The translations under genes were made by a program, and so were the position numbers. Positions 36,233 to 45,562 of a stretch of 64,000 nt of DNA are shown piece by piece; the first letter of the stretch is position 1; each line of letters opens with the position of its first letter. Location: NCBI GenBank assembly GCA_039795165.1, contig JBDKER010000009.1, positions 19,699 through 83,698 of the forward strand. The letters are read 5' to 3'. Below the pieces are notes generated by a model that worked only from the letters and a program-made list of their open reading frames with translations, searched no databases and was not told the origin of the DNA. The DNA is from Verrucomicrobiota bacterium. GTDB lineage: Bacteria > Verrucomicrobiota > Verrucomicrobiia > Verrucomicrobiales > V1-33.

Positions 36233-37606
36233 TTACTGCCGGAGTCCGGTGAGGAGCATCTCGGCATTGGTGGCGGTAGCCTTGATGCTGCGGATGAGCG
36301 TTTCAAGGGCCTCGCCGGCTGGCATCTGCGCCATCTGGCGCCGGATGGCACTTATGCGGCGGAATTCGTCCGGGTGGTAGAGCAGGTCGTCCTTCCGGGT
36401 ACCGGATTTCTGCACGTGGATGGCCGGGTAGATCCTCCGTTCAACGAGTTCGCGGTCGAGTTGGATCTCAAGATTGCCGGTGCCTTTGAATTCTTCGAAG
36501 ATGACTTCGTCCATGCGGCTGTCCGTCTCGATGAGGGCGGTCGCAAGGATCGTGAGGCTGCCGCCCTCCTCGACCTTGCGGGCTGATCCGAAGAACTTGC
36601 GGACCTTCTGGAGGGCATTGTGGTCGACGCCGCCGGATCCCGATGGCCCCTTGCCTCCCTGCGTGGAATTGTAGCCCCGGGCGAGACGGGTCAGGCTATC
36701 GAGCAGAATGACGACGTCGCGTCCCTTTTCGACCAGCCGTTTGCCGCGTTCGAGGACGAGTTCGGATACCTGGATGTGCCGGGAAGCCGCTTCATCGAAG
36801 GTCGAGCTAAAAACCTGGCAGTCGACCGTTTCGCGGAAATCGGTGACTTCCTCCGGCCGTTCATTGATGAGGAGAACGATGAGTTCGATTTCCGGATGGT
36901 TCCGGCGGATCGAGGCGGCGATTTCCTTGAGGAGGACAGTCTTGCCGCCGCGGGGCGGGGCGCAGATGAGACCGCGCTGACCCTTTCCGAGAGGGGACAC
37001 TATATCCACGACGCGTGGACCCACGGAGCGGGTCGATGGATTCTCCAGAATGATGCGCTCCGATGGAAAAAGGGCCGTCAGCTTGTCGAAGTGCAGAGGC
37101 GGCTGCCAATCGGTCGCAGGGACGCCTTCGATGGCGACAATCTGGTCGCTGCAGAGGCTCTTTTCTCGGGGGTCGCGCGGGGCACGGGCCGTTACTGTGA
37201 TCTCGAGACCCGGACGGAGGTTGAAGCGCCGCACCACGGGGATGGCAATGAAGACATCATCCTGGAAGGGAGCGAAATTGAAGAGGGGGTCACGGAGCAG
37301 CCCGAATCCGTCGCGCGTGATGTCGAGGATACCGGTGGCATTGATGATGGATCCCTTGCGGCTGTAATGGCAGAGGATCTCGAATACCAGCTGGTGACGT
37401 GAGCGGACGCCGCCGATGCGCAGTCCGAGTTTCGTGCCGAGATCGTAGAGGGCCTGCACCGGCATGCGGAGGAACTCGTTGAGAGAAACCGTTTCCGGAA
37501 TCGGAGGGGACTGATCCTCGGCCTGTGCGCTCCGGGGATGGCCAGGCGCGGTGTCCTCAGGCTGTGCGGGCAGTTCGGTCACTGCCGAAGGGTTTTCTTC
37601 AACCAT
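36233..37606 (-). CDS. rho: transcription termination factor Rho
   Basis: [21 protein letters not shown] aligns with the E. coli Rho N-terminus. Also an RNA-binding domain, Walker [18 protein letters not shown], and ...[13 protein letters not shown] ~40-aa acidic/Pro-rich leader is present, and the first 28 nt overlap the coaE 3' end. Confidence 0.95.
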   Translation of the reverse strand: MVEENPSAVTELPAQPEDTAPGHPRSAQAEDQSPPIPETVSLNEFLRMPVQALYDLGTKLGLRIGGVRSRHQLVFEILCHYSRKGSIINATGILDITRDGFGLLRDPLFNFAPFQDDVFIAIPVVRRFNLRPGLEITVTARAPRDPREKSLCSDQIVAIEGVPATDWQPPLHFDKLTALFPSERIILENPSTRSVGPRVVDIVSPLGKGQRGLICAPPRGGKTVLLKEIAASIRRNHPEIELIVLLINERPEEVTDFRETVDCQVFSSTFDEAASRHIQVSELVLERGKRLVEKGRDVVILLDSLTRLARGYNSTQGGKGPSGSGGVDHNALQKVRKFFGSARKVEEGGSLTILATALIETDSRMDEVIFEEFKGTGNLEIQLDRELVERRIYPAIHVQKSGTRKDDLLYHPDEFRRISAIRRQMAQMPAGEALETLIRSIKATATNAEMLLTGLRQ

Positions 37607-38187
37607 ACGATAAAGAGTTGGGTTTGGCGGACGAGGGCATCAGGCACGCCGCCATTCCAGATGACCACGTTGGCGCGTCTGACTTTCTCCGCAATGGGAA
37701 GCTGAGCGGAAAGCATGCGGTCGGCTTCGTCCGGCGGCAGGGAATTCCTGGCGATGAGGCGGTTCTTCTGGGTCTGGGGACCACAGGCGACGACAAGTTC
37801 AAGGTCACGGGGAAGGGGGAAATTCGATTCGTAGAGCAGTGGGACGTCCATGAGAAACCAGGGAGCGCCCGAGGACCGGGCCGATTCGAGCGAGGCAGAG
37901 CATGCCGAGCGAACCATGGGGTGAAGGACCGATTCAAGGTCCTGCCTGGCTTTGGGGTTCCGGAAAACGAGATCCCGCAGCCGCGGCTTCAGGAGATGAC
38001 CGGATTCATCCAGAAGACCACCTCCCAAGACATCTTGGATCCTAGCCGCCACCTCACTGGTTGTCAAGAAGCGTGCGACCTCAGCATCGCTATCGAAGAA
38101 GGCGGTCCCCGGTTCGAACTGGAGAAAGTGCCGGGCGAAGGTGGACTTGCCGGTCGCAATGCCACCGGTGAGAGCAATCACTTTCAT
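37579..38187 (-). CDS. coaE: dephospho-CoA kinase
   Basis: MKVIALTGGIATGKST P-loop, PLLYE motif, ~200-aa length. Confidence 0.9.
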   Translation of the reverse strand: MKVIALTGGIATGKSTFARHFLQFEPGTAFFDSDAEVARFLTTSEVAARIQDVLGGGLLDESGHLLKPRLRDLVFRNPKARQDLESVLHPMVRSACSASLESARSSGAPWFLMDVPLLYESNFPLPRDLELVVACGPQTQKNRLIARNSLPPDEADRMLSAQLPIAEKVRRANVVIWNGGVPDALVRQTQLFIVWLKKTLRQ

Positions 38188-38246
38188 GTCTGTGGGGAGC
38201 GGAAGAAATAACCGGAAAACGGGATTCGGGGAAGGGGAATCCCGGC

Positions 38247-38283
38247 AAGAAAAAAGGGGCGGAGTTACCTCCGCCCCTTTCCA
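38247..38283 (-). terminator. intrinsic terminator closing the pilus-like operon
   Basis: The minus strand reads AAAGGGGCGGAG-gtaa-CTCCGCCCCTTTTTTCTT, 25 nt downstream of the secretin stop (38308-38310). Confidence 0.8.
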
Positions 38284-38307
38284 AGGGAATGCCGATCGGA
38301 TCGGGAA

Positions 38308-40836
38308 TTACTTCTGGATAATCGGGAGGAGATCCGTCGACGGTCCGGGCGGGATGTCGGATGGGATCACTTCCGGATCAGGTTCCGTCGAACCATGGAG
38401 ATCCTGACCGGACGGGTCGATGAGACGGCCAGTCACGTAGATCATGAGGTTTTTCTTGTAGTGTTCCTCGGCCTTGGTCTTGAACAGGCGACCGATGAGC
38501 GGGATGCTCGAGAAGATGGGCACCTTGTCCTCGACCGACTGAACGTCTTCGCGCATGAGTCCACCGATCCCGACCGTCTGGCGGTCCCAGATGAGGACCT
38601 GCGTCGACAGTTTCCGGGTGGCGAACACCGGCTGGAGAATCTTGTTCTCGGTGAGCACCACCGGTTCCGACTGACCGAGGGCATTGATACCGGTGGTCTG
38701 AATCGGGCTACCGTAGTTGATGAAACCTTCGAACTCGATGATTTCCGGCGCGAGTTGGAGGTCGATGGTGTAGCCGTCGTCGCCGACGGTGGCCTCGACT
38801 TCCATGGTGACCCCGGTGTTGCGGAACTGGAAGCTGTTCGGGTTGGCTGGAGTGACCGGGAAGGAGCCGCCCTGCTGAGCGCCGCCTCCGAGTCCGCCGC
38901 CACCGCCGATGCCGATACCGCCACCGAAGTTCTGCGGGATCTGGGGAGGGTCATACTCCGTGGGGTACGGGAACTCTCGGATGATCTCGATCTTCGAGCG
39001 TTGTCCGCCGCGGACGATGACGCTCGGAGCCGTCATGAGGTCGACACCCTTCTTCTGAGAGAGGGCGCGCATGACCATCTGGAACTGCGGGTCGGTGAAG
39101 ACACCGGCGAGCGCGAAGGTGGCCGGAGAGACCGACCCGGCTGCGGTGGCCGAACCGCCGCCGAGGAGAGCGTCGATGGCTCCGCGGGAGATGGCGTCCG
39201 ATCCGAAGCGCAGACCGCGGGTGAGTGGGTTGCTTCCGACGGCTGAACCACCACCGGGATTCACGAAGCTGTAGTCACCGGAGTCGAGCGGGCTGGCATT
39301 GCCGCTGGTGCCGCCGCCTGCGAAGACGCCGTCGCCGCCGACATTGAAGGCACCGACGAGCCAGTCGAAGCCGAGTTCGTCCGTATTCCGCTGGCTGACT
39401 TCCACGAACTTGGTCGTGATGAAGACTTGCTTCACAGAACCCGAGACCACCATGCCATCGACGAGGGTTTCGACGAGGTCGAGTTGCTCGAAGGTATTGC
39501 GGACAATGAGGCGGCCCGTGGAAGGATCAAAGGAAGCCATGGTTCCCTCGGGGAACTGGACACCGAGAGAAGAAAGAACTTCCTTGGCGTTCGGCTTGCC
39601 CTTAAGCTTGGGACCGGAATCGGCTTCGGCTCCACCGCCGGCAAATGGATCGGCAGGACCAGCGGCATCCGCTTCACCACCGCCACCTGCGCCGCGGCTC
39701 AGGAAGTCCGGGGGAGCGCGGAACGTGCGGGTCGTCATGCTGCCGCCCGTACCTTCGGCAGCCGGCACGATCACGACAGCATTCGGCTGAATGTCGTAGC
39801 GCATGTTGGCGACCTCGGAGATGCTCTTGATGGCATCAAGGAGCTTGACGCTGCGCAGTTCGAGGGTCACCGGCTTGGCTCCCGTGGTGCTCTTCACGAT
39901 GAAGTCGACGCCGCGCTGATTCGGGTCGGCACTGGTGGTGTCCGACTCGATGCTCTTGCGCTTCAGGTAGCTGATGACTTCGTCGATGGCCGCTTCATTG
40001 AACTGAATCCGGTCGATCGTGATGTTATTGAGCTTGAAGGTGATGGGGGCGGAATTGGCGTCATCGATGACATCGCCCTGCACCTTGGGAATGTTGGCTC
40101 CGCCGGGGACCGGAGTCACCCACATGGCGTCGACCTCGTTGAGCATCTTGATGCGTGTGTGGTCGCGGGCCGAGCGGTAGTAATTCGACTTCTCGCGTTC
40201 CGTGCGCTCGAGTTGGCGACGGGCCGCCGTATTGTACGGGTCGATCGCGAGGACGCGGTTAAACTGGTCTTCGGCCTGCTTATACTGGCCGAGTTCGTAG
40301 TATCCGAGGCCCATGCGGAGGAGGCGGCGCACTTCTTCCGTGTTCTGGTAGTGCTTTTCACTCATCGCCTGATTGAAGATGTCCGGATCGTCGAGATCCT
40401 TCATCAGCTTCTTGGCTTCCGCATTATTCGGGTCGACGTTTTCGGCGAGGACTTCGTTGAGGAGACCCTTGGCTTTTTCGACGCCACCGCGGTGACCGAG
40501 GTCACGGGCGTGGTTCACGGCAGCGCGGGAGAACTTGGCGATGACGCGGTTGCGGTCGACGGCATTCACGGAGCCGAGCGGAATCAACTGGAGGGCCGTG
40601 CGGTACTTGCCGACCGCTCCCTCGTAATCCTGGTCGAGCATCATCTGATCGCCCTCGGCTTCCGCGGAGAGCGCCTCAGCGACCCGCTGCTGGCGTTTAA
40701 TGATTTCCAACTCAACGATGGACGAACCGCCGTAACTGCCTCCCGTGCCGGCAACGGAGACCGATGGGCACGCGGTGGCGCAGGCTAGTCCGGCAATCAT
40801 TGCCTGACGATGCAGATTCAGCACTGGCTTTCTCAT
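38308..40836 (-). CDS. secretin (type II/III secretion system family, PilQ/GspD-like) with N-terminal TPR region
   Basis: Signal, TPR-like repeats (YEGAVGKYRTALQLIP; YELGQYKQAEDQFNRVLAIDPYNTAARRQL), and an N0-like domain (ITFKLNNITIDRIQFNEAAIDEVISYL...). The C-terminal secretin core has VFITTKFVEVSQRNTDELGFDW and VPIFSSIPLIGRLFK...NLMIYVTGRLI. Confidence 0.85.
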   Translation of the reverse strand: MRKPVLNLHRQAMIAGLACATACPSVSVAGTGGSYGGSSIVELEIIKRQQRVAEALSAEAEGDQMMLDQDYEGAVGKYRTALQLIPLGSVNAVDRNRVIAKFSRAAVNHARDLGHRGGVEKAKGLLNEVLAENVDPNNAEAKKLMKDLDDPDIFNQAMSEKHYQNTEEVRRLLRMGLGYYELGQYKQAEDQFNRVLAIDPYNTAARRQLERTEREKSNYYRSARDHTRIKMLNEVDAMWVTPVPGGANIPKVQGDVIDDANSAPITFKLNNITIDRIQFNEAAIDEVISYLKRKSIESDTTSADPNQRGVDFIVKSTTGAKPVTLELRSVKLLDAIKSISEVANMRYDIQPNAVVIVPAAEGTGGSMTTRTFRAPPDFLSRGAGGGGEADAAGPADPFAGGGAEADSGPKLKGKPNAKEVLSSLGVQFPEGTMASFDPSTGRLIVRNTFEQLDLVETLVDGMVVSGSVKQVFITTKFVEVSQRNTDELGFDWLVGAFNVGGDGVFAGGGTSGNASPLDSGDYSFVNPGGGSAVGSNPLTRGLRFGSDAISRGAIDALLGGGSATAAGSVSPATFALAGVFTDPQFQMVMRALSQKKGVDLMTAPSVIVRGGQRSKIEIIREFPYPTEYDPPQIPQNFGGGIGIGGGGGLGGGAQQGGSFPVTPANPNSFQFRNTGVTMEVEATVGDDGYTIDLQLAPEIIEFEGFINYGSPIQTTGINALGQSEPVVLTENKILQPVFATRKLSTQVLIWDRQTVGIGGLMREDVQSVEDKVPIFSSIPLIGRLFKTKAEEHYKKNLMIYVTGRLIDPSGQDLHGSTEPDPEVIPSDIPPGPSTDLLPIIQK

Positions 40837-40941
40837 GAGTTCAAACAGGTTATCAGGGTTGGGGAGTAAAATTCAATGAAAACTTGGGGTTATTGGGAAA
40901 TTCCGGGGATATTTATGGCAGACGAGGAGGCGTGAAGGGAA

Positions 40942-41934
40942 TCATTTAAGTTCAAGAGAAAATTGGGTTTTTTCGGTTTTTCCTGGCTCCATGTATTCGA
41001 GGTCGACTTGCTGGTCGGTGACCTTGAGGATGGTGTATTTGGCATCCGGCACGGAGGGGAAAGAGATTTCGGCGCCTTCGCCGCCTTCGGCAACTTCGTC
41101 CTTGCCGAGGGTGTTGGTGATTCTGGCACGGAGGGTGGGCAGATCGAGGACCTTGCCGAGGACGATTTCGAGAGGTTTCGCCTTCGGGTTCTTGATGTCG
41201 GTGAGGATGACGACCGGTTTGATGTCGGTGATGCCGCCGTCCTTGACTTCGCGTTTTTCGACCTTGGAGATCTGGTAGACAGCCTCGCCGCCTTTTTCGA
41301 TGGCGAAGTTGTCGCCTACCTTGGTGAAGGCGGTGAACTTCTTGGCTGCGGGGGCTGTGCGCTGGATCTGGAGGTCGGAGTCGCTGATGTAGGAGACGAA
41401 CTTCAGGCTGAGTTCATCCTTGAGGATTTCCTTGAAGACCAGTTTGGTATGGGCGGCTGGGAGGCTGCGGGCGTCTTTGGGATTGCTTTTGCCGACGAAT
41501 TCCTCGGCATTGCTGAATCCATCTCCGTCGGTGTCGATTTCCGCGATGTCCTGGCGGGTGATGTCGAGGCCGTAGCGGTAGAGCCACTCGTTATCGATGG
41601 GAGGGCGAACCTGTTTGGCGTCGGTGGCGAGGATCGGGATGACGTTGCCGTCGACAGTCTTGAGGACCGGAGCGGAGACGAACAGGCTGATGGGTTTTCC
41701 CTTGACCACCGGGGGCTTGAATTCGGCCGTCTCGGCGAGGCGGGCGAGGGCGGCATCGACACGGGTGGACGAGGTATCTTCGCCGAAGTTGGCGCTCTGG
41801 CGGACTTCGTCTTCGGCCGGGAACTGCTGGGCGAAGCCGAGGACTTTGGAGATGAGGAGTCCCCCGGTGAGTACCGCGAGGGCACCGAAGAGACCGAGGA
41901 GAAGGCGGTCGTATTTAGCTTTGAGCCATTCCAT
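40942..41934 (-). CDS. bitopic envelope protein, Amuc_1099-like by position and architecture (pilus-like system component)
   Basis: N-terminal TM helix LLLGLFGALAVLTGGLLISKVLGF and a TSP3-type calcium motif DTDGDGFSNAEEFVGKSNPKD (41497-41535). It lies between the Amuc_1100-like gene and the secretin gene, as in Akkermansia. I could not check homology. Confidence 0.5.
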   Translation of the reverse strand: MEWLKAKYDRLLLGLFGALAVLTGGLLISKVLGFAQQFPAEDEVRQSANFGEDTSSTRVDAALARLAETAEFKPPVVKGKPISLFVSAPVLKTVDGNVIPILATDAKQVRPPIDNEWLYRYGLDITRQDIAEIDTDGDGFSNAEEFVGKSNPKDARSLPAAHTKLVFKEILKDELSLKFVSYISDSDLQIQRTAPAAKKFTAFTKVGDNFAIEKGGEAVYQISKVEKREVKDGGITDIKPVVILTDIKNPKAKPLEIVLGKVLDLPTLRARITNTLGKDEVAEGGEGAEISFPSVPDAKYTILKVTDQQVDLEYMEPGKTEKTQFSLELK

Positions 41935-41958
41935 GGGAATCGTGCGTGAAGAGATCGG

Positions 41959-42984
41959 TTACTTGGCAGGAGTTGCCGCAGGGGTGGCCTCGGCGGATGG
42001 GTCGAGGAAGCGGATCAGGTCGACGTCGAGATAGAGGGTCACTGATTCGTTTCCGAGGATGTATTTGGCGTCCCGTTTGACGGTGGTCTTCGTTTCCGGG
42101 TCTTCTTTTTCCTCCATGATGACCGTGACGGCTTTGTCCGGGCCGTCCTTCATGGCGTTTTCGACCTTGAGGGTCCGGATGGTGAAGAAATGGACACCGG
42201 CTTCGCCGGGTTTCACGTTGGCGAGAGTCGACAGGAACTGGGTGATGGCGATGTTCGATCCCGTCACGGTGAGTTGCATGGGCTGGCGCTCGAGAACCTT
42301 GGATTCCTCGACGGCGGGGCCGGCAGGCGCTTTGGTGGCGGCAGCGCGGGAGGCGGGAGTTCCGGGGGCTGGCTTGGCGGCTGGTTTTGGCTGGACGCCG
42401 GGCTTGCCGGGGGCTGCCGCGGGGGTTGCGTCGGCCTTGGCGGATTCGACTTCGAGCGGGATGCGCTTGAATGATTCGAGGGAGGTGACTCCCGAAGCCA
42501 TGGCCGTGTTGAGCAGGTAGGTTACGGCGTCGAGCTGGGCGGCCAGTTTCGGAGCGGCTTCGGTGGAGGCGAAGGAATCGCTGTACTTGTCGAAGCCGAT
42601 GTCGAATTTTTCGCCGAGGGTGACCTTGCGTTCCTTGGCGGCTTCGGTGATGGCGGCGGTGGCGGCGACCAATTTCTTCTGGAAGCTTTCGCCGGTTTCC
42701 GCGGCATTGATGGGGGACTGGTAGGACGAGACTCCATCGACGAGGGTTTTCACCTTGGCGGCGAGGGCGTCGACCAGTTGCTTTTTCTTCGCCTCGTTCT
42801 GTTCATTGGGGAAGATCGATCCCCGCTGCATGGATTCGAGGGTGGCGCGTTTGGCTTCGTAGCTTGCCTTGGCTTCCGTGGCGGCAGAGCTGGCGGACCA
42901 TGCGAGGTAGCCGAGGCCGAGAGTACCGATTCCCAGCGCGGCGAAATATCCGGGCAGGAATGAATTGAGTTTTCCTTTGCTCAT
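41959..42984 (-). CDS. Amuc_1100-family pilus-like protein (PilO/GspM-like topology)
   Basis: N-terminal TM helix FLPGYFAALGIGTLGLGYLAW, a coiled coil, an Ala/Pro-rich linker and a C-terminal domain. By eye it is collinear with my recollection of A. muciniphila Amuc_1100: FQKKL/FQNEL, IGFDKY/LGFQVY, APKLAAQLDAV..L.N/APSVQAASTLGFELKAINSLVN, PMQLTVTG/PMPLEIAFQG, FFTIRTLKVEN/LFTVNSIRIRNE, LYLDVDLIRF/VQVSLNLVHF. Confidence 0.7.
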   Translation of the reverse strand: MSKGKLNSFLPGYFAALGIGTLGLGYLAWSASSAATEAKASYEAKRATLESMQRGSIFPNEQNEAKKKQLVDALAAKVKTLVDGVSSYQSPINAAETGESFQKKLVAATAAITEAAKERKVTLGEKFDIGFDKYSDSFASTEAAPKLAAQLDAVTYLLNTAMASGVTSLESFKRIPLEVESAKADATPAAAPGKPGVQPKPAAKPAPGTPASRAAATKAPAGPAVEESKVLERQPMQLTVTGSNIAITQFLSTLANVKPGEAGVHFFTIRTLKVENAMKDGPDKAVTVIMEEKEDPETKTTVKRDAKYILGNESVTLYLDVDLIRFLDPSAEATPAATPAK

Positions 42985-43008
42985 GATGGGCGGGATCCGT
43001 GGGACGGT

Positions 43009-44829
43009 TTACTTCTTGGTGGAGGGGACGATCTGCACCTTGCGTTTGAGGGGCAGTTTCATGTGGAAGGCGTAGCCATCCTTGGCGTCCAGAGCACCGA
43101 CCTCGTGCTTCACGTAGTCCTGAAGGAACGAGGTCTCGTCCTTGGCATTGAATTCAAAGTACTTGGCCATGGGGCTGGCGGGGTCCTGAGTGCCATCTTC
43201 CTTATAGCCCGCGACTTCCTTGATGAATTTGAGGGCGAGTTCGCCGGCGTTTTCGCCGCTGCGGCTGACACCGATGAGGTGGAGGGCATCGACTGGCTTG
43301 CGCTCGTCCTTGGTGGCTCCGGGGGCCGACGTGGTGCGCCCGAGATCGAACGGGTTACCGGGGTCGTCGCCTTCGCTGAGCTGCGGGAGCATTTCTTTTC
43401 CGTCAGCGTCGAGCGGGCTTAGCTGCACGATCCACATCTGGTCGTCCTTGATCAGATTGTTGAGGTCGTTGAGCATGGAGACCCAGTATTTCTGGTCGAC
43501 AATGGTGTCGGCGATGTAGTCCACGCGTGCCTTTTCGGTGGCTTCGCGTGCGGTGGCAGCCTTGATGCCCTTGTCGAAGCGGTCGAGATCGGAGATCTTC
43601 GATTCCAGTTCGCCCTGCTTGCGCTGGAAGCTTCCGGCGGCCGAACTATTGTAGGCCCAGGTGCCGATGAGGGTCGAGAACAGGGCGGCGGCGGCACCGT
43701 AGAGGTACGGCTTGCGGGAACCGACGTCGCGCGAAGCCTGGACGGCTTTGGGCGAGAGGTCGAGTTCCATGGGGCAGGCCATTTCCCGGAGGGCGAGACC
43801 GACGAGTTCGCCGAGCGTGTGGGCTTCTGCGGAGACCTGTTCGACGTCGACTTTCGGCCCGACGCTGACGTTGCGCAGGGCATTGAAGTAATGGACGGGG
43901 ATGCGGAGCTTTTCCTCGAAGACTTCCTTGACGAAGGGGAGGGAAGCCGCGGCTCCGGCGAGGTAGACCTCGGTGGGAGCGGCACCACCCTGCTGCTGCC
44001 GGTAGGCGTTGGTACGGCGGGCGATTTCCCCGTGAATCCGGGCAAGGGCATTGCGGATGACCTTGGACATTGCGTCGATTTCCGGGTCTTCGTGATCGGC
44101 GTAGTTGCCGCCGAGGTTGACGAAGCCTTCCGAGACCTTGCGGGTTTCGGCGGTTTCGAAGTCCATGGACATTTCCTTGGCGATGCTCTGGGTGACGGAG
44201 GCACCGCCGGTCTGGAAGGAGGAAATGTAGGCCCGGGATCCTTCGATGAAGATGAGGTTGGTTGTGCGGGCTCCGAGGTCGACAAGGAGAACGCATTCCG
44301 TGACGTCCGGGTAATTGTAGCGGAACGCGTTGTAGAGGGCGACGGGGGCGGCGTCGACGATGGCTGTCTTGAGGCCGCCGCCTTCGACGGCTCCGTTGAG
44401 GTCGTTGAGGTGTTCCGAGCGGACGGCGACGATGCCGACTTCGAGTTCACCGCCGCTCTTTCCCATCAGTTGGTAATCCCAGACCGTTTCCGAGAGAGGG
44501 AAGGGGACGGCCTGCTGGGCTTCGAAGCCGACGATTTTGTCGACCTGGTCTTCGCCGAGCGGGGGCAGTTTGACGAACTTGGCGATCAGGAACTGGCCGG
44601 GGACGGCATAGTTCACGGGCTGATTGGCTGCCTTGAGTGCTCCCGAGAGTGCACGGACCGCATCCGTGAGGGCGGGGCGGCGCGTACCGTCGGCAGTGGG
44701 ATCACCGGGCATTTCCGAGAAGGCATAATCCTTCAGCAGCAAGGCACCTTTGGAACCAAGGCCGAAGCGTGCCATGCCAGCGCGCTGCGAACCCAGATTA
44801 AGAGTCAGAACAGATTTTTTTTCCGCCAT
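43009..44829 (-). CDS. type IV pilus assembly PilM-like actin-fold ATPase fused to a TM helix and a PilN-like periplasmic region
   Basis: SVLTLNLGSQRAGMARF..., VDKIVGFEAQQAVPFPLSETVWDY, LLVDLGARTTNLIFIEG and GGASVTQSIAKEM are PilM/FtsA-like. The TM helix YLYGAAAALFSTLIGTWAY (about 43651-43710) is followed by a coiled coil and ~210 periplasmic residues. Confidence 0.8.
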   Translation of the reverse strand: MAEKKSVLTLNLGSQRAGMARFGLGSKGALLLKDYAFSEMPGDPTADGTRRPALTDAVRALSGALKAANQPVNYAVPGQFLIAKFVKLPPLGEDQVDKIVGFEAQQAVPFPLSETVWDYQLMGKSGGELEVGIVAVRSEHLNDLNGAVEGGGLKTAIVDAAPVALYNAFRYNYPDVTECVLLVDLGARTTNLIFIEGSRAYISSFQTGGASVTQSIAKEMSMDFETAETRKVSEGFVNLGGNYADHEDPEIDAMSKVIRNALARIHGEIARRTNAYRQQQGGAAPTEVYLAGAAASLPFVKEVFEEKLRIPVHYFNALRNVSVGPKVDVEQVSAEAHTLGELVGLALREMACPMELDLSPKAVQASRDVGSRKPYLYGAAAALFSTLIGTWAYNSSAAGSFQRKQGELESKISDLDRFDKGIKAATAREATEKARVDYIADTIVDQKYWVSMLNDLNNLIKDDQMWIVQLSPLDADGKEMLPQLSEGDDPGNPFDLGRTTSAPGATKDERKPVDALHLIGVSRSGENAGELALKFIKEVAGYKEDGTQDPASPMAKYFEFNAKDETSFLQDYVKHEVGALDAKDGYAFHMKLPLKRKVQIVPSTKK

Positions 44830-44896
44830 CGTGGGTGGTGTTTAGAGCGGCGATTGAGATTTCCGTCAAATAGAAAAGCGATTCGTTCCTGAAGAA

Positions 44897-45562
44897 TCAG
44901 CGGGGCTTGACTTCCAGGTGAAAGTCGCCCCAGAGGGGAGCGAAGGGAGTTTCCGGTTTGCTGAGGAGAGCGGCTTCCTGAGGGGGGAGGGAGGGATTGG
45001 TCCACCATTCCTTGTTGGCCTCGCTGGTTTTGCGTCCGACGAGGTTGCCATCGATGTAGACCTGAACGCCCCATGCCTTGACCATGGTGGGGTTGGCCGG
45101 GCCGGAGGCAGTGGAGTCGGTGACCTTCTGGAGTTGGGGTGGGGAGATGTAGGCGACCGAGTGGATCTTTTCCTTGATGGGGACGTTGGTGTGGATGATC
45201 TTGGCGGTCAGGACGCGGCTTTTTTCCTTGGTGGCACCGGCGAGGTAGGCGAAGTATTCGAAGGTGACTTCGTCGTAGGCCTTGCGGGTTTTGTCCTTTT
45301 CGGTCTTCGAGAGTTCGGCGGTCGCTTCGACTTCGATTTCGATCCAGTCCTTCGGGGTCCAGCGTTTATCCTTGACGTTGATGGCCTGAATCTGCGGGGT
45401 TTTCTGGATGTTTATGTCGACCTTGGCGATATCGACGAGTTTTTCCTTGGCGGCGGCCGCGGCGGGGGCGGCACCGGCTGCTCCCGCCCCTTCTTGAGCG
45501 GAGGCGAGGATGGGAGCGGCGGCGAGAGCGAGGATGGTTGGGATGAAGGAGGAGCGCTTCAT
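44897..45562 (-). CDS. secreted beta-rich protein, Amuc_1102-like by position (first gene of the pilus-like operon)
   Basis: ATG at 45562 gives signal peptide MKRSSFIPTILALAAAPILASAQ, an Ala-rich linker, then ~170 aa rich in beta-strand-type alternation. Only the last 221 codons of track ORF 44897-47878 are used. Confidence 0.5.
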   Translation of the reverse strand: MKRSSFIPTILALAAAPILASAQEGAGAAGAAPAAAAAKEKLVDIAKVDINIQKTPQIQAINVKDKRWTPKDWIEIEVEATAELSKTEKDKTRKAYDEVTFEYFAYLAGATKEKSRVLTAKIIHTNVPIKEKIHSVAYISPPQLQKVTDSTASGPANPTMVKAWGVQVYIDGNLVGRKTSEANKEWWTNPSLPPQEAALLSKPETPFAPLWGDFHLEVKPR

